NCBI GenBank assembly: GCA_963805625.1
Contig: CAWDVE010000010.1
Span: 1,856,001-1,920,000 of the forward strand
DNA length: 64,000 bases
Source of the DNA: an uncultured Candidatus Rokubacteria bacterium
GTDB taxonomy: Bacteria > Methylomirabilota > Methylomirabilia > Rokubacteriales > DASRDR01
Direction: 5' to 3'
The position numbers were made by a program, and so were the translations under genes. Of the stretch, positions 1 to 9,268 are shown piece by piece; position 1 is the stretch's first letter, and every line of letters starts with the position of its first letter. The notes under the pieces are model-generated. The model was given only the letters and a program-made list of their open reading frames with translations, did no database searches and had not been told where the DNA came from.

Positions 1-1
1 C

Positions 2-826
2 GTCTACATCCAGTACCTGCGCTTCGTGGCCGATGCCCTCCGTGGCGACTTCGGCGTGTCCATCCGGACGCGCCAGCCGGTGATCTGGGAGATCCAGCAG
101 GCGCTCCCGGTGACCATCGAGCTGTCCCTGGCTGCGCTCGTCTTAGCCGTCGTCCTCGGGATCACGATCGGCGTCATCAGCGCGAGGCGGCCCCACTCGG
201 CCCTCGATACCGGAGCCATGGTTTTCGTGCTCGTCGGCGTGTCCATGCCGGTGTTCTGGACCGGTATTCTGCTGCTCCTCGTGTTCGGCGGGATCCTCGG
301 GTGGCTCCCGCTCGGCGGCATCCTGGACACATCCCTGACGATCCGCCGGATGACCGGTATGCCGATCCTCGATGCCATGCTGCAGGGCAACTGGCCCGCT
401 GCCCGGAGCGCGACGGCACACCTGGTCCTCCCCGCGGTGACCCTCGGCAGCGCGCTCATGGCAACGATCGCCCGCATGGCCCGCTCGACGATGCTCGACG
501 TGCTGAACCTCGACTACGTGCGGACCGCGCGGGCGAAGGGGGTGGCGGAGGGCGGGGTGGTCGGACGGCACGCCCTCTGGAACGCCCTCCTGCCGGTCGT
601 GACGCTCGTCGGGCTGCACCTCGGGCTCCTCCTGTCCGGGGCGGTCCTCACGGAGACGATCTTTGCGCTCCCCGGCCTCGGCCGCCTGACGATCACGAGC
701 GTCCTCGCGCGCGATTACCCGGTCGTCCAGGGCGTCGTCGTCATCGGAGCCGTGCTCTTCGTCGTCGCGAACCTCGCCGTCGATGTGCTCTACGCGTGGC
801 TCGATCCGCGGATTCGATACAGCTGA
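2..826 (+). CDS. Peptide/nickel ABC transporter permease (DppB/OppB-like), 5'-truncated by window edge
   Basis: EAA-type motif DYVRTARAKG and C-terminal LYAWLDPRIRYS; the frame is open back to the window start. Confidence 0.93.
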   Translation, partial: VYIQYLRFVADALRGDFGVSIRTRQPVIWEIQQALPVTIELSLAALVLAVVLGITIGVISARRPHSALDTGAMVFVLVGVSMPVFWTGILLLLVFGGILGWLPLGGILDTSLTIRRMTGMPILDAMLQGNWPAARSATAHLVLPAVTLGSALMATIARMARSTMLDVLNLDYVRTARAKGVAEGGVVGRHALWNALLPVVTLVGLHLGLLLSGAVLTETIFALPGLGRLTITSVLARDYPVVQGVVVIGAVLFVVANLAVDVLYAWLDPRIRYS

Positions 827-1701
827 GCGCAGGGGCGACCACAGCCGCGCGGGAGCGCCGGGCAGTCGCGCTGTCGTGGCGCCGGCTTCGGCGGAGCTCG
901 AACCTCGTCGTCGGCGCGGTCATCGTCGTGGCCGTCGTGGCGTCGGCCGCCCTCGCACCTTGGCTCGCGCCCTACGACCCCATCGACCAGGAGTTCACCA
1001 ACCAGCTGCGACCGCCAGCGGCGGCGCACCTGTTCGGCACCGACGAGTTCGGCCGTGATATCTTCTCGCGGGTCCTCTTCGGCGCGCGCATCGCCCTCCA
1101 GGTCGGCATCCTCGCCGACCTGATCGCGACCGTGCTGGGGGTGCTTCTCGGGGTCGTCGCCGGCTACGTCGGCGGCCGACTGGACGCCCTCGTGACCCGC
1201 GTCCTCGATGTGATGCTGGCGTTCCCGTACCTGCTCCTGGCCATGATCGTGGTCGCGATCCTGGGGCCGGGCCTGACCAATGCCATGATCGCGATCGCGG
1301 TCGTCTACACGCCGCAGTTCGCGCGCGTCGTGCGAGGGGTCGTACTGTCGGTCAAAGAGCAAGACCACGTGGAGGCGGCCCGGGCGATTGGCGCGGGCCC
1401 GATTCGGATTCTCGCCCGCTGCATCCTGCCGAACATCGTGTCGCCGATCATCGTCATGTCCACGCTCACGATCGGCTTCATGATCGTGGAGACAGCGGGC
1501 CTCTCGTTCCTCGGTCTCGGCGCCAGCCCCCCCACGCCCGAGTGGGGCTCCATGCTGGCTACCGGGCGCTCGTTCATGCTGACCGCGGCGTGGATCACCA
1601 CCTTCCCGGGGCTCGCCATCTTGATCACGGTGGTCGCGTTCAATCTGGTGGGAGACGGCTTGCGGGACCTGCTCGACCCGCGGCTCCGCGGCCGCCTCTG
1701 A
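823..1701 (+). CDS. Peptide/nickel ABC transporter permease (DppC/OppC-like)
   Basis: HLFGTDEFGRDIFSRV, PPTPEWGSML and GDGLRDLLDPR motifs; start uncertain (CTG overlapping the upstream TGA assumed). Confidence 0.92.
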   Translation: MSAGATTAARERRAVALSWRRLRRSSNLVVGAVIVVAVVASAALAPWLAPYDPIDQEFTNQLRPPAAAHLFGTDEFGRDIFSRVLFGARIALQVGILADLIATVLGVLLGVVAGYVGGRLDALVTRVLDVMLAFPYLLLAMIVVAILGPGLTNAMIAIAVVYTPQFARVVRGVVLSVKEQDHVEAARAIGAGPIRILARCILPNIVSPIIVMSTLTIGFMIVETAGLSFLGLGASPPTPEWGSMLATGRSFMLTAAWITTFPGLAILITVVAFNLVGDGLRDLLDPRLRGRL

Positions 1702-1931
1702 CGTCGCGCGCTCCCCGATGCGGGAGCACGGGCTGTTCGGTCCGGATCGAGGGCCGTCAACGCACGCGCGGTTCTGAACCACACCGGCGGCGAGGGCCGC
1801 TTCGCGTGCCGCCGTGGAAGACGCAGCGACACCGTCGATTCTCACAGGCGCGCAGCCACAGAGGTCCGCCGAGGCGGCGCGGGAATGCCCGCCCCGAGCG
1901 GGGCGTCCAACCTGGCAGGAGGGGGGACGTC

Positions 1932-2192
1932 ATGGAACGGACGGGCAGGCAGATCGCACGAAGCTCGACGCACGGGCCCAGCACGGCGCGGCACCTCCGG
2001 GCCGGCCTCCTTCTCTTGAGCGGAGCCTTTCTACTTGGCGGGTGCTACGTGGTACCCGCCACCTACCCGGTCGCCGGACCGGCCTATGTCGCGCCCGGGC
2101 CGGTGTACGTAGCGCCCGCTCCGGTCTACGTGGTGCCGGCTCCGGTGTACGGCTGGGGTGGATACGGCTGGCGGCGGCACGGACGCTGGTGA
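1932..2192 (+). CDS. Small Pro/Val/Tyr-rich lipoprotein (PXPV-repeat-like)
   Basis: Lipobox LLGGC, repeated YVAPxPV units, Gly/Trp/Arg tail; AGGAGG RBS upstream. Confidence 0.7.
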   Translation: MERTGRQIARSSTHGPSTARHLRAGLLLLSGAFLLGGCYVVPATYPVAGPAYVAPGPVYVAPAPVYVVPAPVYGWGGYGWRRHGRW

Positions 2193-2498
2193 AGAACCGC
2201 TCATGACGGCCATCGGCGCCGATAGGTTCGCCCCAGCCTGATCGCGACCGGGCACGACCCAGTCCGGCGGCGATACTGCCGCGAGCTCGAGCGCTCGGCC
2301 GCGTCGAAAATGGCCCTGCACCCCGTCTCCGTCCGCCAGCTCGCTGAGCCAACTCGCCGAAAAGTGGCGCCCCGGGGCTCCGCGCGGAGATTGTGGGGTA
2401 GGATTGGGAGGCGTGCCAAGGCGAGCGGCGCCCGGACGCCCGCGTTGCCGCTCTTGCCCGCCCCCGGCACGACGCGGGCGACCCACCAGGAGGTGCGC

Positions 2499-3353
2499 GT
2501 GAAGAACCTGCTCCTGCAGCTCGATCCAGACGTGCATCCGAGCGCGTTCGACCGAATCGTCGCCTACGACGCGGGCGCGGACGAGGTGCTGAGCTACGGC
2601 AGCGTGACGGCGACCGACGTCGCCCCCCTGGTGCACGGCGCGATCTTCACGCGCGGGCCCGCCGACCTCCGACACACCGCGGTGTGGGTCGGAGGCACCG
2701 ACGTCGGCTCGGCCGAGACGCTGTTCGCGGCGGTCCAGAAGGCCTTCTTCGGTCCGTTCCGCGTGAGCGCGATGATGGACGCCAACGGCTGCAACACGAC
2801 CGCCGCTGCCGCGGTGGCGCGTTTGGCCGGGGTGATCACGCTCTCCGGGGCCCGGGCGGTGGTCCTGGGCGGCACCGGGCCGGTCGGGGTCCGGGCGGCG
2901 GCGCTGCTCGCGCGCGAGGGCGCGGACGTCGTGCTGTGCTCGCGGTCCCTCGAGCGGGCGCGGGCCACGGGCGAGCGCCTGAAGACGACCTTCGGCATCG
3001 ATGTCACGCCGTGCCAGGCATGGGACGAGGCCGGCGTCACGCGCGCGCTCGAGGGCGCCGACATCTGCCTGACAGCCGGCGCTGCCGGTGTCACGTTCGT
3101 GCCACGCACGGTGTGGGCCGAGCACCCCCGTTTGAAGGCGCTGGCCGACGTCAACGCGGTGCCGCCGCTCGGCATCGAGGGCATCGAGGCGGCCGACAAG
3201 GGCACCGAGCGCGAGGGGAAGCGCGTGTTCGGGGCGCTCGGGATCGGCGGGCTGAAGATGAAGATCCATCGCGCCTGCGTCGCGCAGCTCTTCGAGCGAA
3301 ACGACGCCGTCATCGATCTCGAGACTATCTACGGTGCGGCGCGCGCCAGCTGA
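2499..3353 (+). CDS. mtdA: NAD(P)-dependent methylene-H4MPT/methylene-H4F dehydrogenase (MtdA/MtdC family)
   Basis: LLLQLDPDVHPSAFD, FFGPFRVSAMMDANGCNTTAAA, GTGPVG, DVNAVPPLGIEG and FGALGIGGLKMKIHRAC match M. extorquens MtdA motifs; AGGAGG before GTG; MtdA and MtdC cannot be told apart by eye. Confidence 0.92.
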   Translation: MKNLLLQLDPDVHPSAFDRIVAYDAGADEVLSYGSVTATDVAPLVHGAIFTRGPADLRHTAVWVGGTDVGSAETLFAAVQKAFFGPFRVSAMMDANGCNTTAAAAVARLAGVITLSGARAVVLGGTGPVGVRAAALLAREGADVVLCSRSLERARATGERLKTTFGIDVTPCQAWDEAGVTRALEGADICLTAGAAGVTFVPRTVWAEHPRLKALADVNAVPPLGIEGIEAADKGTEREGKRVFGALGIGGLKMKIHRACVAQLFERNDAVIDLETIYGAARAS

Positions 3354-3395
3354 GACTCCAGGCATGCGATCGGACCCGTCGCCGCCCCCAGCCTG

Positions 3396-4499
3396 ATGCC
3401 TCGTGTGGTCGGTGTCGACCCCGGAACGCAGAGCTTCGATCTCTGCGGACTCACCGACGGCGAGGTGTTCCTCGAGGCGTCGATCGGCGCCGACGACGCG
3501 CGCCGGGCCCCGGCGACGCTGGTGGATCGGCTGGAGGCGGCGCTCCCGCTCGACCTGATCGCCGCGCCCTCCGGCTACGGCCTCCCGCTAGTCCCCGTCG
3601 CTGCGCTCGACCAGACGCACCTCGACCTGGCGGTCCTGGTCCGACACGAGGACCGGGACCAGCCGGAGCGCGTCGGCGGACTCCGGGAGATGGTGGAGCT
3701 GATCAGGGCCCGCCATCTCCCGGCCATCCTCCTGCCGGGCGTCGTCCACCTCGACACGGTCCCGGCTCACCGGAAGGTGAACCGCGTGGACATGGGCACC
3801 GCCGACAAGCTGTGCGTCGCCGCCCTCGGCATCTGGGACCAGGGCCGTCGCCTCGGCCTTCCCCCGGAGGAGACCGCGTTCGTGCTCCTCGAGCTGGGCG
3901 GCTTCTTCACGGCCGCGCTCGCCGTCGAGTACGGGCGAATCGTGGACGGGATCGGCGGCAGCGCTGGCGGCCTGGGCTACCGGGCGCTCGGGACGCTCGA
4001 CGGCGAGGTCGCGTACGCCCTCGGCCGGGTGAGGAAGTCCACCCTGTTCACGGGCGGGGCGGCCTTCGTCGCGGGCGTCCCCGATCTGCCGCCCGAGGAC
4101 CTCGCCCCCCGCGCGGTCCACGACGCGCGGGCGCGGGTGGCCTGGGACGCCCTGATCGAGGCTGCGGCGAAGCTCGTCGCGGGGCTGCGCGTCGCTGCGC
4201 CCGGCGCCCGCGAGGTGCTGCTCTCCGGCCGCGTGGGCCGGGTGCCGGCGGTCGCTGACGCGCTCGGGCGGCACCTGGCGGGGGCGCTGCCCGTGCGATC
4301 CATCGACGGCTTCACCACGCGCGTCAAGGAAGCGGCGCAGGGCGCGGCGCTGATCGCCGACGGCCTTGCCGGCGGGAGGCACCGGCACGTCGTCGAGGCG
4401 ATGTGTCTTCGCGAGAGCCGCGGCTCGGTGCTCGACCACCTCCACGTGGCGGGCGCCGACGAGGTGCGGCGCCACTTCGGGCTCCCGTGCGGATCCTGA
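3396..4499 (+). CDS. DUF1464 family ASKHA-fold protein (COG2441, butyrate-kinase-like, mostly archaeal)
   Basis: VGVDPGTQSFD phosphate-1 motif, APSGYGLP, RKVNRVDMGTADK, LDGEVAY and KEAAQGAALIADGLAGG. Confidence 0.85.
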   Translation: MPRVVGVDPGTQSFDLCGLTDGEVFLEASIGADDARRAPATLVDRLEAALPLDLIAAPSGYGLPLVPVAALDQTHLDLAVLVRHEDRDQPERVGGLREMVELIRARHLPAILLPGVVHLDTVPAHRKVNRVDMGTADKLCVAALGIWDQGRRLGLPPEETAFVLLELGGFFTAALAVEYGRIVDGIGGSAGGLGYRALGTLDGEVAYALGRVRKSTLFTGGAAFVAGVPDLPPEDLAPRAVHDARARVAWDALIEAAAKLVAGLRVAAPGAREVLLSGRVGRVPAVADALGRHLAGALPVRSIDGFTTRVKEAAQGAALIADGLAGGRHRHVVEAMCLRESRGSVLDHLHVAGADEVRRHFGLPCGS

Positions 4500-5611
4500 T
4501 CGCCGGTCTCACGACCCGCGCCCTCGCCGAGTCAGCCGTGCGCGCCGGGGCGGAGATCGTCACCGTCGACTACTTCGGCGATCTCGATCAGGAGCGCCTC
4601 TGCGAGACGCATCCGCTGCGGAAGCGCGGGCGCGGATACTCGGCCGCCGAGATCCTCGAGGTGGCGCGCGGCCTCTCGTACGACGCCGTCGTGTACTGCG
4701 GGGGCCTGGAGAACCATCCGGACGTGGTCGCCGAGCTCGCCCGCGATCGGGTGCTGCTCGGCAACGCGCCCGACGCACTCCGCCGGGTGCGCGATCCCCA
4801 CGCGCTCTTCCGGTACCTCGCGGGCCGCGGGTTCACGGTGCCCGATACGCGCGGCGCCACCGATCCCCTCCCCGGCGCCGGCCGGTGGCTCCTCAAGCCG
4901 GCCCGGGGGGGCGGCGGGCAGGGCGTGCGCGCCTGGGCGGGTCAGCGGCCGGCGCCGGCCCAGATCCTCCAGGAGCTCGTCGAAGGCGTGAGCGCGTCGG
5001 CCTCGTTCGCGGCCGACGGCCGCCGGAGCCTGGTTCTCGGCTGGACCGAGCAGCTCCGCGCGCCGCGGAGCTACCGGTACGCGGGTAACATCATGCCGCT
5101 CGAGGCCGGGGCGGCGGCGCGCAAGGAGGTGGCGGCGATCGCGGACGCCCTGACCCGCGAGTACGGCCTCCGCGGCCTGAACGGCTTCGACTTCGTGCTC
5201 CGCGGGGACCGTCCGGTCGTCCTCGAGGTGAACCCGCGCTACTGCGCGTCCATGGAGCTGGTCGAGCGTGCCGGCGGGAGGTCCGTGTTCGGCCTCCACC
5301 TCTCGGCCTGCCGGGGCGAGCTCCCGGACCGCATGGACGAGACCGCAGACGTGTGGGGGAAGGCGATCGTCTATGCGACCCGGACCGTGGCGGCTCCCGA
5401 CACGACCGGGTGGCTCGCGCGGGGCGTCCGCGACGTGCCCCACCCCGGCGAGGTCATTCGTGCCGGGCACCCCATCTGCACGGTCATCGCCTCGGGCTCG
5501 ACGCGGTCTGCGTGCAAGGCCGGCCTTCGATCGGAGACGGCGCGGATCCGGGCCGCGTGCGCGCTCATCGATCAGCCGGCGGGGGCCGAGGACACCGAGG
5601 ACGACGAGTAG
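4487..5611 (+). CDS. ATP-grasp protein, OrfY/MyfB-like (COG2232; associated with methanopterin/methylofuran gene clusters)
   Basis: ILIAGLTTRALAESA..DYFGDLD N-terminus, LLKPARGGGG, GLNGFDFV, LEVNPR and GHPICTV; overlaps the upstream gene. Confidence 0.85.
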   Translation: MRILIAGLTTRALAESAVRAGAEIVTVDYFGDLDQERLCETHPLRKRGRGYSAAEILEVARGLSYDAVVYCGGLENHPDVVAELARDRVLLGNAPDALRRVRDPHALFRYLAGRGFTVPDTRGATDPLPGAGRWLLKPARGGGGQGVRAWAGQRPAPAQILQELVEGVSASASFAADGRRSLVLGWTEQLRAPRSYRYAGNIMPLEAGAAARKEVAAIADALTREYGLRGLNGFDFVLRGDRPVVLEVNPRYCASMELVERAGGRSVFGLHLSACRGELPDRMDETADVWGKAIVYATRTVAAPDTTGWLARGVRDVPHPGEVIRAGHPICTVIASGSTRSACKAGLRSETARIRAACALIDQPAGAEDTEDDE

Positions 5612-5663
5612 AGAGCCCGGTGCTGCGAGCCCCAGCCACCGATGCGGGTGTCCGCCGCGGGGA

Positions 5664-6527
5664 TCAGCGCGGCCGGCGCGCGGGCTTCCACTCCGTGACG
5701 ACGTGCCGCTGGACGCCCAAGCGATCGATCCCCATCTCGACGACGTCCCCCGGCTGGAGATAACGCGGCGGCCTGGCCCCGTGGCCCACCCCGGCGGGCG
5801 TGCCCGTGGAGATCAGGTCCCCGGGCTGAAGCGACATGAAGCGGCTCACGTAGGCCACGAGCTGGCGCACGGGAAAGACCATGTGGCGCGTGTGGCCGTT
5901 CTGCCGGCGCTCGCCGTTGACGGTGGTCCAGAGCCCGAGGGCCTGCGGATCGGGGATCTCGTCGGCGGTCACGAGCCAGGGACCCACGGGCCCGAAGGAA
6001 TCCGCGCTCTTGCCCTTGGTGGTGGTACCGCCGTGCTCCATCTGGAAGGCGCGCTCGGAGACGTCGTTGACGATGCAGTAGCCGACCACGTGGGACAGCG
6101 CCCTGGTCTCCTCCACGTAGCGCGCCTCGCGGCCGATCACCGCCGCGAGCTCCACCTCGTAGTCGAGCTTGACCGCATCCCGTGGGCGCACGATCGGGTC
6201 GTTCGGGCCGGACAGGGCGCTCGGCGCCTTGATGAAAACGGTGGGCTCCGCAGGCAGCGGGAGCGCCACCTCCTCGGCGTGATCCGTGTAGTTGAGCCCG
6301 ATGCACACCATCTTGCCGACGCCGGCCAGCGGACAGCCGAGGCGCGGGCGCCCCTTGACCACCGGCAGGCGCGCGACCTTGAGACCGCGGAGCCGCGCCA
6401 GGCCGCCCGGGGTGAGCAGCGCGGGCGTGATGTCCCTGACGGCGCGCGAGAGGTCGCGCAGGGTGCCCTCGGCGTCGACGAGCCCGGGCTTCTCGCTCCC
6501 GGCGCGACCGTAGCGGACGAGCTTCAT
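5664..6527 (-). CDS. Fumarylacetoacetate hydrolase family protein
   Basis: MKLVRYG..EKPG, CIGLNYTDH, LDYEVEL, NDVSER, KGKSADSFGP and STGTPAGVG. Confidence 0.93.
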   Translation of the reverse strand: MKLVRYGRAGSEKPGLVDAEGTLRDLSRAVRDITPALLTPGGLARLRGLKVARLPVVKGRPRLGCPLAGVGKMVCIGLNYTDHAEEVALPLPAEPTVFIKAPSALSGPNDPIVRPRDAVKLDYEVELAAVIGREARYVEETRALSHVVGYCIVNDVSERAFQMEHGGTTTKGKSADSFGPVGPWLVTADEIPDPQALGLWTTVNGERRQNGHTRHMVFPVRQLVAYVSRFMSLQPGDLISTGTPAGVGHGARPPRYLQPGDVVEMGIDRLGVQRHVVTEWKPARRPR

Positions 6528-6648
6528 GGAGGCCTGAGGGTAGCGCGCCCCGGCCGACCTCCGCAACGGGTCAACGGCGGCAGTACGCGGGACTCGGCGC
6601 GCCAGGCAGCCGCGGCGGGCCCGCCCGCACCGGCCAGCCGGCGCGGGG

Positions 6649-8136
6649 TCAGCGCCGCCGAGCCGCCTCGATCGCCATCGCCAGGCGCTCCATGCCGCGC
6701 CTTGACGCATCGGGGCGGACGACGCCGAAGCCGAGAACGAGGCCGCTGGCGCCGCGCTCGGTCCCCGCGAAGTAAGCCGCCAGTGGCGCCGCCTCGACCC
6801 CCCGCGCGGCGGCCTCCCGCGACACGCGTACCGCGTCGACGCCGGCGACATCGGCGAGCGCGTGGAGGCCGGTCTGCACCGGCCGCACCCGCAGCACGCC
6901 GCCGCAGAACCGCTCCGCCGCCGCGACCAGGGCCTCCAGGCGCTCCCGGTACACCACCCGCATCCGCCGCAGATGACGCGCGAAGTGACCCTCGAGAATG
7001 AAGTCGGCGAGGACGGCCTGGTCGAGCGTCGGCGGGTGCTGGTCGGCGGCGGCACGGGCCGCCACCAGCCTCTCCCGGAGATCGGGCGGCACGATCAGGA
7101 AGCCGAGGCGCAGGGCCGGGAAGAGCGTCTTGCTGAAGCTCCCGACGTAGATCACGCGTCCGTCGACGTCGAGACCGTGCAGGCACGGGATCGGGCGCGC
7201 GCCGTAGCGGAACTCACTGTCGTAGTCGTCCTCGATCACCCAGGCTCGCGCCGCGCGCGCCCAGCTCAGCAGGGCGAGGCGCCGCGGCAAGCTCATCGGC
7301 ACGCCGAGCGGGTACTGGTGCGATGGCGTCACGTAGGCGAGGCGGGCGTCACCGGCGCGCCGGGCCCCCAGGGCGACGTCCAGCCCCTCGGCATCCACGG
7401 GGACGGGGACGATCCGCGCGCCCGCCGCCCGGAGGGCGCTCCGGGCTCCTGGATAGCCGGGCTCTTCCATCCACACGTGGTCGCCTGGATCCAGCAAGAG
7501 GCGGCAGACGAGCTCGAAGCCCTGCTGGGCGCCGGCCACCATCACCACCTGGTCGGCCCCGCAGCGCGTGCCTCGTGCCGTCTGGACGTGGCTCGCGATG
7601 GCCTCGCGCAAGACCCGGAGGCCCGCCGGATCGCCATAGTCGAGCTGGGCCGACGTCACGGAGCGCAGACGGCGACTGGCCAGCCGCGACCAGAGGCCGA
7701 CCGGGAACAGGTCCACGCCGGGCGTTCCGAGCCGAAAAGCCCGGGGCGGGCCGTCGAGGCGGCGCGCGCCCTCCTGCACCGCCGCCATCGCCGCGCCCCG
7801 GCGCGACAGGGTGGGATGCCTCGGTCGCGACGCCGGGCGGGCGCCGCTCCGCTCCACGAGGTCGTCCGGCAGCTCGGCAGCCACGGACGTGCCGGAGCCC
7901 CGCCGCGCGGTGAGGTATCCCTCCGCCTGGAGCTGCTGCACGGCGAGCAGCGTCGTCGTGCGCGAGACGCCGAGGTCGGTGGCCAAGGCGCGCGACGACG
8001 GGACTCGCGCCCCCGGGGCGAGGACCCCGTCGAGGATCGCTCGCCGAACGCTCCTGTAGATCTGCTGCTGCAGGCCCTCCCGGAGACGGGGGTCGAGGCG
8101 GATGAGGAAGCTCGCCGGGGACGCTGAGGTGGCCAT
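6649..8136 (-). CDS. MocR/GabR family transcriptional regulator (GntR HTH + PLP aminotransferase domain)
   Basis: PSSRALATDLGVSRTT HTH; YVTPSHQYPLG, EDDYDSEF and GSFSKTLFPALRLG. Confidence 0.95.
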   Translation of the reverse strand: MATSASPASFLIRLDPRLREGLQQQIYRSVRRAILDGVLAPGARVPSSRALATDLGVSRTTTLLAVQQLQAEGYLTARRGSGTSVAAELPDDLVERSGARPASRPRHPTLSRRGAAMAAVQEGARRLDGPPRAFRLGTPGVDLFPVGLWSRLASRRLRSVTSAQLDYGDPAGLRVLREAIASHVQTARGTRCGADQVVMVAGAQQGFELVCRLLLDPGDHVWMEEPGYPGARSALRAAGARIVPVPVDAEGLDVALGARRAGDARLAYVTPSHQYPLGVPMSLPRRLALLSWARAARAWVIEDDYDSEFRYGARPIPCLHGLDVDGRVIYVGSFSKTLFPALRLGFLIVPPDLRERLVAARAAADQHPPTLDQAVLADFILEGHFARHLRRMRVVYRERLEALVAAAERFCGGVLRVRPVQTGLHALADVAGVDAVRVSREAAARGVEAAPLAAYFAGTERGASGLVLGFGVVRPDASRRGMERLAMAIEAARRR

Positions 8137-8143
8137 GCCGGTC

Positions 8144-8220
8144 GCTGGCTTTCCGACTGCTCCGATGATACCAGCCCAGGCGCGGGAAGTGGCTTCATCC
8201 CATCCCGCGCAACTGGCTCT
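8144..8220. promoter_or_regulatory. Putative MocR operator (TGGCT direct repeats) in the divergent intergenic region
   Basis: AAGTGGCTTC (8187) and AACTGGCTCT (8211) direct repeats plus CTGGCT at about 8145; this arrangement is typical of MocR-family sites. Confidence 0.5.
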
Positions 8221-8282
8221 CGGCGATCCGCGGGGACACGCCGAGAATGGCGAGTGACTTCAGCTCAAAGGAGGAATCCGGT

Positions 8283-8852
8283 ATGAGCCCACAGAGTCGT
8301 CCAGGAAGCCCACCGGCCGTAGGCCGTCCCGGTCAACTCCCGCGCAGCCAAGGTAGCCCAGCGAGCGACGACCGGTCCGACCGCGAGGGCGCCCATGACT
8401 TCGACTTCCTGCCCGGCCGGTGGCGCATCCACAACGAGCGCCTGGTGAAGCGCCTGCAAGGCTGCACGGAATGGGAGACGTTCGAGGCCACCCACCGCGC
8501 CCAGCTCCTGCCCGGCGGCCTCGGGAACATGGACGAGTTCGTCACCGATCACTGGCCCGGATTCGTCGGCATGTCGCTGCGGCTCTACAACCCGCACACG
8601 AAGAAGTGGAGCATCTACTGGGCCAACAACCAGAAGGGCGCGCTCGAGCCGCCCGTCGTCGGGTCATTCTCCAACGGCGTCGGCGTCTTCGAAGGGCACG
8701 ACGAGCTGGACGGGCGGCCCATCGTCGTCCGCTTCACGTGGTCCAACATCACGCCGACGGGGGTGCGCTGGGAGCAGGACTTCTCCCCGGACGGGGGACG
8801 AACCTGGGAGAGGAACTGGATCATGACCATGACGCGTGTAACGGAAGGGTGA
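8283..8852 (+). CDS. DUF1579-like protein
   Basis: HDFDFLPGRWRIHNERL..W and WEQDFSPDGGRTWERNWIM; GAGGA RBS. Confidence 0.8.
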   Translation: MSPQSRPGSPPAVGRPGQLPRSQGSPASDDRSDREGAHDFDFLPGRWRIHNERLVKRLQGCTEWETFEATHRAQLLPGGLGNMDEFVTDHWPGFVGMSLRLYNPHTKKWSIYWANNQKGALEPPVVGSFSNGVGVFEGHDELDGRPIVVRFTWSNITPTGVRWEQDFSPDGGRTWERNWIMTMTRVTEG

Positions 8853-8853
8853 C

Positions 8854-9144
8854 ATGGAGCTATTCATCTTTGCTCGCTTTCACGCGCGCCCCGGTAACGC
8901 GGATGCCGTGGCGGAAGCGCTGCGCGACGTCCTCGCTCCCTCGCGCGAGGAGCCGGGCTGCCTCAGCATTCACGATTTCCGGTCGATTCGCGACACGCAC
9001 CTGTTCTACGTTCATTCCTGCTGGACAGACGAAGCGGCGTTCGAGCGTCACGCGGGCCTGCCGCACACCGTACGCTTCCTCGCGCGCGTGGAGCCGCTGA
9101 TCGACCACCCTCTCGACGTCACCCGCGCGGAGCGAATCGGGTAG
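8854..9144 (+). CDS. ABM-family putative quinol monooxygenase
   Basis: SREEPGCLS and WTDEAAFERHAGLPH; 96 aa. Confidence 0.88.
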   Translation: MELFIFARFHARPGNADAVAEALRDVLAPSREEPGCLSIHDFRSIRDTHLFYVHSCWTDEAAFERHAGLPHTVRFLARVEPLIDHPLDVTRAERIG

Positions 9145-9207
9145 ATGTCCGTTCGGCAGTCCGAGAGCTTGGCTCGCGTGGACTAGATCGTCGAGGCGTC
9201 CCAGCAA

Positions 9208-9261
9208 CCGGAAGGTCCGGAAGGTCGAAAGGGCCCGAGGGGTCGAAAGGCCGGAAAGGCG
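9208..9261 (+). repeat. Six degenerate 9-bp tandem units (ccggaaggt/cgaaagggc)
   Basis: Read directly: ccggaaggt ccggaaggt cgaaagggc ccgaggggt cgaaaggcc ggaaaggcg. Confidence 0.6.
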
Positions 9262-9268
9262 AAGAACG

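Noticed and set aside
2310-2498. N-terminal extension of the Mtd ORF
   Set aside because: Homology and the AGGAGG RBS indicate the GTG start at 2499.
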